From a virus: DNA of 64,000 nucleotides. The position numbers and the translations under genes are program-made. Positions within the stretch are counted from its first letter, which is position 1, and each line of letters begins with the position of its first letter. Below the pieces are notes generated by a model. It saw only the letters and a program-made list of their open reading frames with translations. It had not been told where the DNA came from and ran no database searches. Location: IMG/VR virus record IMGVR_UViG_3300030118_007055, positions 20,210 to 84,209 of that record; one strand, given 5' to 3'. Below, in pieces: positions 29,336 to 38,934 of the stretch.

Positions 29336-31906
29336 CTATTTTATCTCAGATAACTTCATGTAGATCTTATCTTTTAAAGAATACATTTTTTCAATAAAAA
29401 TAATATCCTCACCCAATCTACCATAAATTACGACAATATCTTCTTTTTTAGGTATTTTATTACCAGAATTTAAATAATTAGTTAATTTTTGCTCTCTATC
29501 AGAATCCATAAATAAAGCACTTATTAGCGCACTTTCATCTTGTAAATCTAATCTAACATACTTATTACCATTTCTGCTAGTTCTTTTTACAGAATCTGTT
29601 ACAACACCTATAAATTTTAAATCTCTAAAAGCAGGAGACTCCTCATTAGATTCTATTTTGATTTGTTCAGCTGATACAAAGTCTTGAGATAAGTCAAAAA
29701 TATCTTTTAATTTATGCGAATAACTGTACCCAAGCAATTTGTTTTCGAAAAACCAATTAGCGTATCTAAGATATTTTTTATTCATTTCATAAATATCTTT
29801 GTATGGACCATACTTTTTCTTAAAAGTCTGAAACCTTTTTTCAGTCATCATTAATCTGCCGTCATCACCGACAGACTTGCTAGAATATTGATCATGGACT
29901 GCATTTAAAATATCAAAGTCATATTTTGCACCAAGCTCAATAAAATTACGCTTTTCTCTATCTGTTAATATATTAAACGTTTGAGCTTCAAGAACTAAAC
30001 GGCATCTGTTTGAACACACAAAAGAATCTAATAATCCTGCTTGAATTAACGCTGATAAAATGCCTATGTTCATTCCTGCCTGTTTAGCAGAAACAAAAAT
30101 GTCATATTTATTAGAAAAACTTTCTTCCCTAAAATTTAATAATGACTGTAGAACTTTATCAGAAACTCCTTTAATAGAATTTAAACCATACCTTATATTT
30201 GAGCCTTCTATTTTAAAATCTATGTCCGATTTGTTTAAATCAGGTGGTAAAAGTTTAATGTTAAATGATGAAAGCTCTTGGGTGATTTTTGCTATCTCTT
30301 CATGAGAGTTTGGCTCATATTTTGCATATTTTAAAAGACTTAAAAAGAATTCTTTAGGATAATTAAACTTTAAATAAACTGTTATTGCAGCTAAATAGGC
30401 ATAACTTATTGAGTGTGACTTATTGAAAGAGTAATTAGCTGAGTCTTCAGCCACTTTCCATAAAACTTTACCAATTTTTGGGTCTAAATTATTGTCTTTT
30501 ATTTTTTGTGTTATTTTAGCTTTCCAAGCTGGCATTTGCTCGGTTTTTTTCTTACCAATTATTCTTCTTAATTGTTCTGACTCATCTAAACTAAAGCCAA
30601 CTTTAACAGCCATTTTCATGAGCTGCTCTTGGTAAAGAGGTATACCGCCTGTATAGCTTAAAATATCGTCAAAAAACTCATGAACAGATGAAAAATCGCC
30701 TGTTCTAGCGTATGCTGCATAATAGTCTAAAAACTCTAAAGCTCCAGGTCTTGCTATAGCCACAACAGCAGATAGTTCCTCTAAACTTTTGGGGCATATT
30801 GTGCGACAGACTTTATAGTTTGTGTCGGCTTCAATTTGAAATAATCCTTGAGGAGATCGTAAACAAGATAAAGCTGCATATATTGATGGGTCGTGAGGAT
30901 CTATGTCTTTTACATTTATTTTAAGCTGTTTGCAGACATCATTTACAACAGATAAAGTTCTTAAACCTAAAATATCAAACTTGACTGTTAAACTAGCGAC
31001 ATCATTCATATCATAAGCTGATATTAGTGAGTCGTCATTAGTTAACTGTAAAGGCATGATATCCTCTAAATCAAAAAATGATATTGATATGCCTGAAGGG
31101 TGTACCCCTGTGTTTTTATTTAAACCCTCTAATTTTTTTGCTATGGCAAAAGCTTTTGCATGATTATCTGCATGCTTTTTAAAAGTTTCACTCTCATCGC
31201 AAGCATTATTTAAACTTGCAACTTTACCAAAAGTTTTAGGTATGCTTTCACTAATTATATTGACATCAGTTTCAGAAAGCTCTTCAACTATTTTACAACA
31301 CTCTTTCATGCAAAGCTTACTGCTTAGAGTGTTCAATGTTAAAATTTTAGAAGTCCTACCTTTAAATTTTTTTTCAATGTATTCAATAACCTCAGATCTA
31401 CGATCATAAGAGATATCATTATCAACATCAGCTAATAAGCTTCCATCTAAATATATTTCACCATTATGTTCTATTTTTTTAGCTCTGCTTTTAGATACAA
31501 ATCTCTCAAAAAATAAATCATGCTCTATGGGATCTATGTCTGTCACGCCAATGACATACAGCACCAAAGATCCAGCAGCACTGCCTCTACCTGCGCCTAC
31601 AGGAATATCATTCTGTACACAAAAATTTATTATGTCCCAGTTTAGAAGAACATAATCAATAAAACCAAGATCCTCAAAAATTTGTAGCTCCTCCTTCAGT
31701 CTATCATAGTAAATTTGAGCATTCTCTAATTGATCTATACCTTTTTGTTTTAGTCTATTAAAGCAAAGCTTTCTTAGGAACTGATAGTTACCTTCCAGGT
31801 CTTTACAAGAAACCTCGTCGTAATATTTTTTTTCTATCTTGATCTCTGGCAATTTTACGCCAACTGGAAAAGGCGTTTTATATGGCTTATAACTTGAAAG
31901 TTTCAT
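29336..31906 (-). CDS. dnaE: DNA polymerase III alpha core (palm, fingers, HhH, OB), lacking PHP
   Basis: GAGRGSAAGSLV.Y..G.T.IDP...L.FERF, DVDND, KFDILGL, YQEQLM and YSFNKSHS. Confidence 0.93.
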   Translation of the reverse strand: MKLSSYKPYKTPFPVGVKLPEIKIEKKYYDEVSCKDLEGNYQFLRKLCFNRLKQKGIDQLENAQIYYDRLKEELQIFEDLGFIDYVLLNWDIINFCVQNDIPVGAGRGSAAGSLVLYVIGVTDIDPIEHDLFFERFVSKSRAKKIEHNGEIYLDGSLLADVDNDISYDRRSEVIEYIEKKFKGRTSKILTLNTLSSKLCMKECCKIVEELSETDVNIISESIPKTFGKVASLNNACDESETFKKHADNHAKAFAIAKKLEGLNKNTGVHPSGISISFFDLEDIMPLQLTNDDSLISAYDMNDVASLTVKFDILGLRTLSVVNDVCKQLKINVKDIDPHDPSIYAALSCLRSPQGLFQIEADTNYKVCRTICPKSLEELSAVVAIARPGALEFLDYYAAYARTGDFSSVHEFFDDILSYTGGIPLYQEQLMKMAVKVGFSLDESEQLRRIIGKKKTEQMPAWKAKITQKIKDNNLDPKIGKVLWKVAEDSANYSFNKSHSISYAYLAAITVYLKFNYPKEFFLSLLKYAKYEPNSHEEIAKITQELSSFNIKLLPPDLNKSDIDFKIEGSNIRYGLNSIKGVSDKVLQSLLNFREESFSNKYDIFVSAKQAGMNIGILSALIQAGLLDSFVCSNRCRLVLEAQTFNILTDREKRNFIELGAKYDFDILNAVHDQYSSKSVGDDGRLMMTEKRFQTFKKKYGPYKDIYEMNKKYLRYANWFFENKLLGYSYSHKLKDIFDLSQDFVSAEQIKIESNEESPAFRDLKFIGVVTDSVKRTSRNGNKYVRLDLQDESALISALFMDSDREQKLTNYLNSGNKIPKKEDIVVIYGRLGEDIIFIEKMYSLKDKIYMKLSEIK

Positions 31907-32535
31907 ATCTCTAAATCAAAAAGCTGTTTTTTAAATATTTTAAAATTCATCTCTATGTCATAAAGGGCATCATGAAGTTTTTTAGGGTCATGCTTGATAT
32001 TATAATGTTTTAATAAAAAACCCTGTGATGTTTTTAAGCCTCTTTCCTTGTAGTTTAAAAGTCTATATTGCCAGTTAATAAATTTATCATTGTTATATGG
32101 TATACTTTTAGCTATAGCAGTTGCTAAAGCTTTAGTATCTATGATTCTTTTTATATAACTCTGATCTAATTTTCTACCCATCGCTCTACGCCAGACATCA
32201 ATCATATATACATCAAATCCAAGTAAGTTTTGACCGACTATCAAAGTATCTTCATCGTACAGATACTTAGAAAACTCATCCCATACTTGATTTGGCGCTA
32301 AGCATTTAGAATAGTATTTTTTTTCTGAAAAACCTGTAACTTTAGCTGCCCCTTCAGATACATTTATATTAGGCCAATGTATAAATTTATCATGCCTCTC
32401 TTGAATTTCATCACCTTTTACCACAAGCCAAGCGATTTGCCAAGGTCTTGATGTAATTAAATTCAAACCCTCCGTTTCAGTATCAAAAACAATATATTTT
32501 TGATTTTTATTAAATCTTAGTAAGGTATCATCCAT
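31903..32535 (-). CDS. DEDDh 3'-5' exonuclease (Pol III epsilon-like)
   Basis: FDTETEGL, N...FD, IIDT and HDALYDI. Confidence 0.9.
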   Translation of the reverse strand: MDDTLLRFNKNQKYIVFDTETEGLNLITSRPWQIAWLVVKGDEIQERHDKFIHWPNINVSEGAAKVTGFSEKKYYSKCLAPNQVWDEFSKYLYDEDTLIVGQNLLGFDVYMIDVWRRAMGRKLDQSYIKRIIDTKALATAIAKSIPYNNDKFINWQYRLLNYKERGLKTSQGFLLKHYNIKHDPKKLHDALYDIEMNFKIFKKQLFDLEI

Positions 32536-33247
32536 TTACGTACTCCTTAAAACTTTCAAAGCAAAATTCATTACTACCAAAATGATTCAAATTTGGGCAA
32601 CTTAATGTGGAGGGTCTGCCAAACTTCCTACCGCATATAATTTTATATGTCTGTAAAGCCTCTACATCATCTTTTTTTTCATACAAAACGCTTTTTACCA
32701 ACTCTGTATCATATTTATCCTTACAATACTCAAAAACAGCTTGAGATATAATATCGTCAAATGGTAAATTGTTTTTCTCTATCCAAAAAATAGGTTTAAT
32801 TTTATTAAAATTAGGTATGCAATTTTTTAAGTATAATTGGTTTTGATATACAAAAGAATCGTAAAAAGGTATAACTAACTGCAAACTATCATTATCCCAT
32901 ATTGTATTTAAATAATTAAAATCAACTTGACCTTTGTTACCTATATGAGCAAAAGAGTATATTTTATTTAACAACTTACAACCTTGATCGTTTTTTGCTA
33001 AAATTACAACTTTATGATCTGAATTATCATTTTCTTTTGATACGTCGTTGCAACAAGACACTCTCAACCCAAAAACTAGATGTATGTCATTTTGTTTTGT
33101 CAAGTTATGAGCTTTCACAAAACCAGTCATAGAGTCCTCAACTAAGACCAAAAACTTTTCATTAGTTTTTTTGTAAAGCTTTACTATGTTTTCTATAGTA
33201 AGAATACTTTTACCTATTGAATAATCTGACTTAAAAATTGGGGTCAT
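32528..33247 (-). CDS. stand-alone PHP domain of Pol III alpha
   Basis: SDYSIGKSIL.I, LVEDSMTGF, VFGLR and VILAKNDQG.K.L.KI.S, matching the DnaE N-terminus. Start MTPIFK assumed. Confidence 0.8.
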   Translation of the reverse strand: MTPIFKSDYSIGKSILTIENIVKLYKKTNEKFLVLVEDSMTGFVKAHNLTKQNDIHLVFGLRVSCCNDVSKENDNSDHKVVILAKNDQGCKLLNKIYSFAHIGNKGQVDFNYLNTIWDNDSLQLVIPFYDSFVYQNQLYLKNCIPNFNKIKPIFWIEKNNLPFDDIISQAVFEYCKDKYDTELVKSVLYEKKDDVEALQTYKIICGRKFGRPSTLSCPNLNHFGSNEFCFESFKEYVNG

Positions 33248-33253
33248 GTAAAA

Positions 33254-33281
33254 AATATATGACCACATCATCAACTGTCAA
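33254..33281 (-). promoter_or_regulatory. sigma70-like promoter for the PHP/exo/dnaE genes
   Basis: TTGACA (33281-33276), 16 nt, TATATT on the minus strand, just upstream of the ATG at 33247. Confidence 0.5.
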
Positions 33282-34303
33282 GTTAAATGAGCAGGACAAC
33301 CCTCATAATATTTTATTTCATATGTAAAATTTTCAGGTAATGATTTTTCATCAAAATCTTCTTCAAAAACAGATGAATGTAGATCGCCTTTTTCATCAAA
33401 CACTTTGTAATAGAAAAAATCAAACTTCATAGGGCAATGCCATTTTGGATCGCCATCAATTTTTAATTCACCTTTTTTTGTAGCAAAACCACATAAAAGT
33501 TTACCGCTAAATGACCCATCATTCGGAAAACCTTTATAGGCTGCGTAATTGCTTTTAGCGTCTTTTATAGTAAAATTATCTAAATATCTCTGTATTTCAG
33601 ATAGTTGTAGCTCAAATCCATGCAATTCATCATTATCTAATGGTTTCATTTTTACAAGACCAGAATTATTAGAATTTTCATCTAAATCAAACTTTAAAAA
33701 CAAAAATTCACTAACTCTTGTAGAGTACTCAGGGAACATTTTTTTTACAGCTAAACTGTACATTAGGTCTTGAAGATTATCAGTGTAATCTTTACCTTTA
33801 AAAACTGATTTACTCGTTTTGAAATCTCTTATAATAGCAAATTTTTTTCTTTTATATAAAAACAGTTTATCTATGAAGCCTCTTATTTTATATTTTATAT
33901 CGCCATTATTTTCTATTATTAAAAAATCTTTTTCAGAATAATCTTCAGTGGGTTTGCCTAGCTCTTTACCAAAAAAATCATAAGTTAAGCCATTAAATAT
34001 CATCTCCTTCATTAACTGCACGTTTTCATCATCAGAAACACCCTCTCTAACAGCATGTTTTAGTATTAGTTTTTTTATCGATGGGATAGAAAAGACATCT
34101 TGTGTTTTTATAATTTTATTAAAATATTTTTTTCTTTTAGGTAACCCTAAAACCTCAAATATTAAATGGCAAATAGACCCTCTTTTTGCGCCATCATTAC
34201 TTTTATCTGGTAAATTTAATTTATATTTACACCAGTAAAGCCAAGAGCACGATTCAGCCGTTTTAATTCTGCTGGCAGATAAAGGTGTCTCAGGAATGTT
34301 CAT
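33278..34303 (-). CDS. PD-(D/E)XK exonuclease (RecB/AddB/Cas4-like)
   Basis: LSASRIKT..SC, RGSICH, RGFIDKL, DFKTSK, Q..MY and C-terminal cysteines. Confidence 0.85.
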   Translation of the reverse strand: MNIPETPLSASRIKTAESCSWLYWCKYKLNLPDKSNDGAKRGSICHLIFEVLGLPKRKKYFNKIIKTQDVFSIPSIKKLILKHAVREGVSDDENVQLMKEMIFNGLTYDFFGKELGKPTEDYSEKDFLIIENNGDIKYKIRGFIDKLFLYKRKKFAIIRDFKTSKSVFKGKDYTDNLQDLMYSLAVKKMFPEYSTRVSEFLFLKFDLDENSNNSGLVKMKPLDNDELHGFELQLSEIQRYLDNFTIKDAKSNYAAYKGFPNDGSFSGKLLCGFATKKGELKIDGDPKWHCPMKFDFFYYKVFDEKGDLHSSVFEEDFDEKSLPENFTYEIKYYEGCPAHLT

Positions 34304-35363
34304 TGCTTAACACTAACGAAGTTTTTATTTCATTCTTAGTGAAGCATGAATTGTTCTTATCTATAAATTCTAAGATTTTTTGAAATTGTTTAGGTTGGTC
34401 TACGCTATCATAGTACCAATTTTTAAGTTCAAAATCGTCTAAATTAGCATCACCAAAATCATTATAAGGTTTTGGCGGCATTTTTATACTTAAATTTTGT
34501 AAATCAAAGTATTTCGATAATTTTAAATAATTTTTAACAGCTGCAATATGTCCTCTATTTTGCGAACTATGGTCATCATTATTAGTACAAATATAGATAT
34601 TGTTGACACACTTACTGCTAAGAAAATTAATAATATTGTTGTTAACGCATAAGCCAAATATGACAAGCACGTTCTTAATATTTTGTTCATAAAGGGCAAG
34701 AGCATCTCCTATACTTTCTACTAATATTACTGTTTTATTTTGTTCAATGGCCTCGTTAACGCCTGTTTTTACATTGAATGCAGGGTAAACCCAATTATTT
34801 CTTCTTCCTATGTGCTTCCACTTTGGATAATTATTGTCGTTATCAACTTTTCTTCCAGAAAATCCTATAATTTGTTTATGTTCATTATATATTGGAAAAA
34901 CCATTCGTCGATACATTTTTCCCACACCTGCTAAACCAACATCAAAGAGTTGTTGGGTTGCCTCAGATATCTTCCTATCATTATAAAATTTATAATTAGG
35001 AAATAATTTTTCTAAAGATTTTGCAGGGTAAACTTTTTCCATTTCTATAGTCTGCTTTTTTACATATTGTTCTACAGTACCAGACTTAATTTTTGAAATG
35101 ATTGAGCTATAATCCTCATTTCTTAATGATGCAGTAGCCCTAACAAGTGATTCAAAGGGTTGAGAACCTTTATTTTGGACAAAATCCATCCAAACTCCTG
35201 TATTTTTATATATTTTTACAGCAGTTTTATTATCTCCATTTCTATATAGAGCTTGAGTTCTCCAGTGATCACCGCAATCTATAAGATTGTAACCCAAAGA
35301 CTCTAAGGTTTGTTGAAAATCATCCGAGCTGATCAAAGTCTGGTATTTCTTGTTGCTGTCCAT
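34290..35363 (-). CDS. dnaG: DnaG-like DNA primase
   Basis: RMVFPI....IIGFSGR...PKW; TOPRIM ILVESIGDALAL. The Zn-binding domain lacks the canonical Cys residues. Confidence 0.8.
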   Translation of the reverse strand: MDSNKKYQTLISSDDFQQTLESLGYNLIDCGDHWRTQALYRNGDNKTAVKIYKNTGVWMDFVQNKGSQPFESLVRATASLRNEDYSSIISKIKSGTVEQYVKKQTIEMEKVYPAKSLEKLFPNYKFYNDRKISEATQQLFDVGLAGVGKMYRRMVFPIYNEHKQIIGFSGRKVDNDNNYPKWKHIGRRNNWVYPAFNVKTGVNEAIEQNKTVILVESIGDALALYEQNIKNVLVIFGLCVNNNIINFLSSKCVNNIYICTNNDDHSSQNRGHIAAVKNYLKLSKYFDLQNLSIKMPPKPYNDFGDANLDDFELKNWYYDSVDQPKQFQKILEFIDKNNSCFTKNEIKTSLVLSNEHS

Positions 35364-36840
35364 CTGTATTTAACTCAATGTCGCCATTTAATACACGAGC
35401 TATATCTCTCAAGTCGCCCCTTTCGGTGATATTAAAATTATTAAAATCTAAATTAATTGAATTTTTTCTCAAGGTATCGCCAACTCTAACAGGCTCTACA
35501 GCGCCAGCTATGTCATTTCCTAAATGTCTAGATTTTACGTTTATCAGCTTGTGAGTGCCAAAAGATGCGCCCTCCCTCTCTATTTCATCAGCAGTTTTGT
35601 TTCTTAATATAAACATGTGCGAACAGAACTGTGTAATCCTATCAGATAATGAAACAACTGATTCATCATCTACTATTGTATCTGAGTTTCGGTTATTTGT
35701 TATACCATACCTATTGGATTGAACTGAAGTAATCATAGGAATAATTGGCTCGCTATCATACAAAATTTCTTTCTGAACGCATTTTTTAAACTTATCGACC
35801 ATCTCTCCAACGATTTGCCACTCTGATTTATTCATCATGGATTCAGAAGTTGTTTTAATGTAATCAAAAGAAAAAATCATCTGATTACCTCTACCAACTT
35901 TAGAATAATAAAATCTTTTTAAAGTATTTATCATTGAATCTACATCCATACCTCCCACATTGTAATAGTAAAATTTTAAATCTTTTACTTTGGCCCAAAC
36001 TGATCTAACTTTATCTACAACTGTTTTACCAGCCTGTCGCCACTTACCACTCTCTAATAAATGCATGGGTATGTTTGAGAGAGCGGAGCATTGTCTCATA
36101 ATAAGCTCCTCTTTGCTCATCTCTCCGTTATCAAAATGCAAGACGGGAACATTATATTTTAGACTAACTTTAGTGCAATAATCCATACAAAACTGAGTTT
36201 TACCAACTCCAGATCTAGCAACAACAACAGTTATATTTCCAGGTCTTAATAAAGATCCATATATGTCATTGATTTTCTCATGAGGACCAAACATGCCAAA
36301 CTCCGTAACAGGATTGTTACCTCTATCCTCAATAAGATTTTCCATGTCATCATATATGTTGACAGGAATGTCATTGCCGATCTCATATAAATTTATTTTT
36401 GAATTATAAATTTTATCAGCCGCCTCGATAATATCTGCGTAAGATGTCTCAGGAGACATCCCCTTCATCTTTTTAGCTATAGTATTTGATGATTTAAGTA
36501 TCTCGCGTCTAATTGAATACTTTTTAAGTTCCTTAGCAGTTTTTATTGTATTTCCAGAAGGAACTTTTCTTAGACATAAAGACTTTATATAGTCTGATGG
36601 ATTTAGATTGTCTTCAAATGATATACCTACTTCATTAACTCTTTGAGCTATAATAATTTCATCGACATCCTCGCCCGCATTTACAGCTTGCTCTATAATT
36701 CTAAATATAGTGCTATTTAACGATGACTGTTCAGAGTAAAAATCTGAAACACTTATAAAGTTGCATATTTCTGTTAACGCTTGAGGCTCTTTTAACAAAC
36801 CTGCTAAAAGCTGTTTTTCTAATTCGTAAGAGTATATCAT
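35320..36840 (-). CDS. dnaB: replicative DnaB-like helicase
   Basis: N-terminal E..LLAGLL, Walker A ARSGVGKT, GEMS.EEL, FDYIK and Q.NR. Confidence 0.9.
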   Translation of the reverse strand: MIYSYELEKQLLAGLLKEPQALTEICNFISVSDFYSEQSSLNSTIFRIIEQAVNAGEDVDEIIIAQRVNEVGISFEDNLNPSDYIKSLCLRKVPSGNTIKTAKELKKYSIRREILKSSNTIAKKMKGMSPETSYADIIEAADKIYNSKINLYEIGNDIPVNIYDDMENLIEDRGNNPVTEFGMFGPHEKINDIYGSLLRPGNITVVVARSGVGKTQFCMDYCTKVSLKYNVPVLHFDNGEMSKEELIMRQCSALSNIPMHLLESGKWRQAGKTVVDKVRSVWAKVKDLKFYYYNVGGMDVDSMINTLKRFYYSKVGRGNQMIFSFDYIKTTSESMMNKSEWQIVGEMVDKFKKCVQKEILYDSEPIIPMITSVQSNRYGITNNRNSDTIVDDESVVSLSDRITQFCSHMFILRNKTADEIEREGASFGTHKLINVKSRHLGNDIAGAVEPVRVGDTLRKNSINLDFNNFNITERGDLRDIARVLNGDIELNTDGQQQEIPDFDQLG

Positions 36841-37082
36841 TCTTCGTCATCTTGAGATCGCTTTTCTACAGTAGAACTCTCAAGAAAATCTTGCAAGCAT
36901 TTACTTAGTGCAAGCTCAGTCATTGCACAATCAAATTTTCTGTATATTAAAGGCTTACCATTCTCAGATGAAACCGCCATTATAATTCCTTTGTATTTAT
37001 CCGCGCCGCCTGAAAGCTCATATAGTTTATCAACCATCTCGCTTGGTATATGAAAATCACTTTCTTCATCTTCAATATTCAT
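36837..37082 (-). CDS. hypothetical protein
   Basis: 81-aa ORF with ATGA coupling at both ends. Confidence 0.7.
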   Translation of the reverse strand: MNIEDEESDFHIPSEMVDKLYELSGGADKYKGIIMAVSSENGKPLIYRKFDCAMTELALSKCLQDFLESSTVEKRSQDDEE

Positions 37083-37486
37083 AGGTATATATCTTGATTT
37101 TTAAATAATGATGCCTGTATCTCATCTTGAGGATAAACCTCTGCTAACTTTATGCCATTTGCTTGACAGAAATCAAGTTTCTTTTCATCCCTTTTTAGTT
37201 GGTCAGAATACTTAAAGTGATTTTTATGAAAAAATTTAACATACTTTGTATGTTGTGCGCCTTGAACTTCAACAGCAATTTTTTTATTGGCGTTATAAAA
37301 ATCTAAAGTTAATCTAGTCCCTACAACTCTGAACTCCTCAAAAACAATATCGTTCTGCCAATATTCAAAAAGAAATTTCTTAACCTTTGTTTGAAATTTG
37401 CTACGACTAGGTTTATGCCAATCTATTAAATATTTTTTTGCGTTTTTAAGATTTCTTTGTTTACCATATTGATCAACAAACTTCAT
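37079..37486 (-). CDS. DUF559/Vsr-like endonuclease
   Basis: LDFY....IAVEVQG.QH...RD..K...C...GI.L. Confidence 0.75.
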   Translation of the reverse strand: MKFVDQYGKQRNLKNAKKYLIDWHKPSRSKFQTKVKKFLFEYWQNDIVFEEFRVVGTRLTLDFYNANKKIAVEVQGAQHTKYVKFFHKNHFKYSDQLKRDEKKLDFCQANGIKLAEVYPQDEIQASLFKNQDIYL

Positions 37487-38592
37487 GACGTTATTTGCTG
37501 TTTAAAGTAATCAATTAAAAATTTGCAAAGTTTTTCATCTTCATCAAGAACTTTAAATAGATTGTTATCTCCTTGAATTTGCTCAGGAAACTCTAATTTA
37601 TTATCATTTAATAAATCTTTGAAATCATCTGTAGGTTTAATCCAAGATCCTTTTTTTTCTACAAAGTCCCAAGCATAAAGTAAATCAACTACCTCTTTTT
37701 CAATCCATATAGAGTTACCACCAGATCTATTATACCTAACAGGATAACTTAAAGTGACATTTGATTTTTCATTAGGAGATTTAGCTATTAAAACCTTTGC
37801 AAAATGACCGATGATTGGATTTTTTCTCTCATCAATAGTTTTTAAACTTGGGTTATGAAGAATCAAATCGGCTTTATACCTAGGTTGAAACTGTATGCAA
37901 GTATTAGCATAATGCTGTAAAGCATATCCACCTGTAGCTACAGATTGTCTAGGCGGCTCTTTAGAATATTGATCTCTCATTTCTGATCTTACCTGACTAA
38001 TAAAAATAGCCATGTGACCTCTCTTGCCTAAAGCTATACTAGTTTGAGCACACCATCTAGCTGCAATGGACGCTCCAGAGGCTATTTTAGCAAACTCTTC
38101 AAAACCTTTAGATGCGTCATTTTTTGCCGTTAATCCATCAACAGAATCTAATATAAAACAATATTTTTGTGGGTTTTTTACATTATCTATAAGCTGCTTG
38201 ATACAAGTCATAGCTGTTTCATAGATGTTGGTTTCTAAAACAAAGCAAGTGCCATCTACCCACTCATCTGCTGACCAAACAAACTTTACACCTGATCTTT
38301 CCCTTATTTCTGGAGCGAGTCTACCTTCAGCTTTAATATACAAACCTCTTGGCTTCTCTACAGTCTTTAAAAAATTTTTCATTACTTCCAAAGCTTCAGA
38401 GGTTTTACCTCCCTCAGTCAGCCCAGTAAAACGATGTAATCCAGGTCCAAAGCCTCCATTCATGCAAAGGTCAAACTGCAAAGATCCACTAGAGACTTTG
38501 TAATCGTACTCTTTTTCAAAGTTATAATGATCGCTTTTGTTTGATTTCAAAAAATTACCAAGAATATCGTTTGGGTCTGGTCCTTCACTCAT
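37483..38592 (-). CDS. recA: RecA/UvsX-like recombinase
   Basis: SSGSL..D...GG, G..EGGKTS, ILDSV, IFISQVR, TGG.AL.HYA and KKGSW. Confidence 0.88.
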   Translation of the reverse strand: MSEGPDPNDILGNFLKSNKSDHYNFEKEYDYKVSSGSLQFDLCMNGGFGPGLHRFTGLTEGGKTSEALEVMKNFLKTVEKPRGLYIKAEGRLAPEIRERSGVKFVWSADEWVDGTCFVLETNIYETAMTCIKQLIDNVKNPQKYCFILDSVDGLTAKNDASKGFEEFAKIASGASIAARWCAQTSIALGKRGHMAIFISQVRSEMRDQYSKEPPRQSVATGGYALQHYANTCIQFQPRYKADLILHNPSLKTIDERKNPIIGHFAKVLIAKSPNEKSNVTLSYPVRYNRSGGNSIWIEKEVVDLLYAWDFVEKKGSWIKPTDDFKDLLNDNKLEFPEQIQGDNNLFKVLDEDEKLCKFLIDYFKQQITS

Positions 38593-38932
38593 TTAAAAAA
38601 TCTCTAACTGTTTTTTTATTATATTTAATATTGGCATCTTTACCAACCTTATCGCCAATACTATACTTCGGATATTTTGAAAAGTCTACCTTAAAATTAA
38701 AAGCTCTAAATTTTTCATCTAAAGTTTCTGTCAATTTGGGACTAGTCAAATAAGCTAAAGAGTCAAATTTTTTTGGAAAGCTTACCTCGCACATAAACTC
38801 TTGTGAATATCTATCACATAGATCATTTAAAAGCTTCATTTCGCGAGAAAAAAAAGGTCTACGACCCTTTTCAGGAACTTCTAAAAGCTTAAATAATATT
38901 TCTCTTTTATTTAGCTTAAATTTTTTACTCAC
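38585..38932 (-). CDS. hypothetical protein (GTG start)
   Basis: 115-aa ORF between gmd and recA. Confidence 0.65.
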   Translation of the reverse strand: MSKKFKLNKREILFKLLEVPEKGRRPFFSREMKLLNDLCDRYSQEFMCEVSFPKKFDSLAYLTSPKLTETLDEKFRAFNFKVDFSKYPKYSIGDKVGKDANIKYNKKTVRDFLNE

Positions 38933-38934
38933 TA

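Noticed and set aside
29336-33247. Split-intein DnaE as in cyanobacteria
   Set aside because: No intein N-terminal (CL/CF) or C-terminal (HN-C/S/T) motifs, and the split point is the PHP boundary.
33278-34303. Cas4-like nuclease as evidence of a CRISPR-Cas system
   Set aside because: It sits among primase, helicase and polymerase genes; stand-alone PD-(D/E)XK exonucleases are common in phage replication modules.
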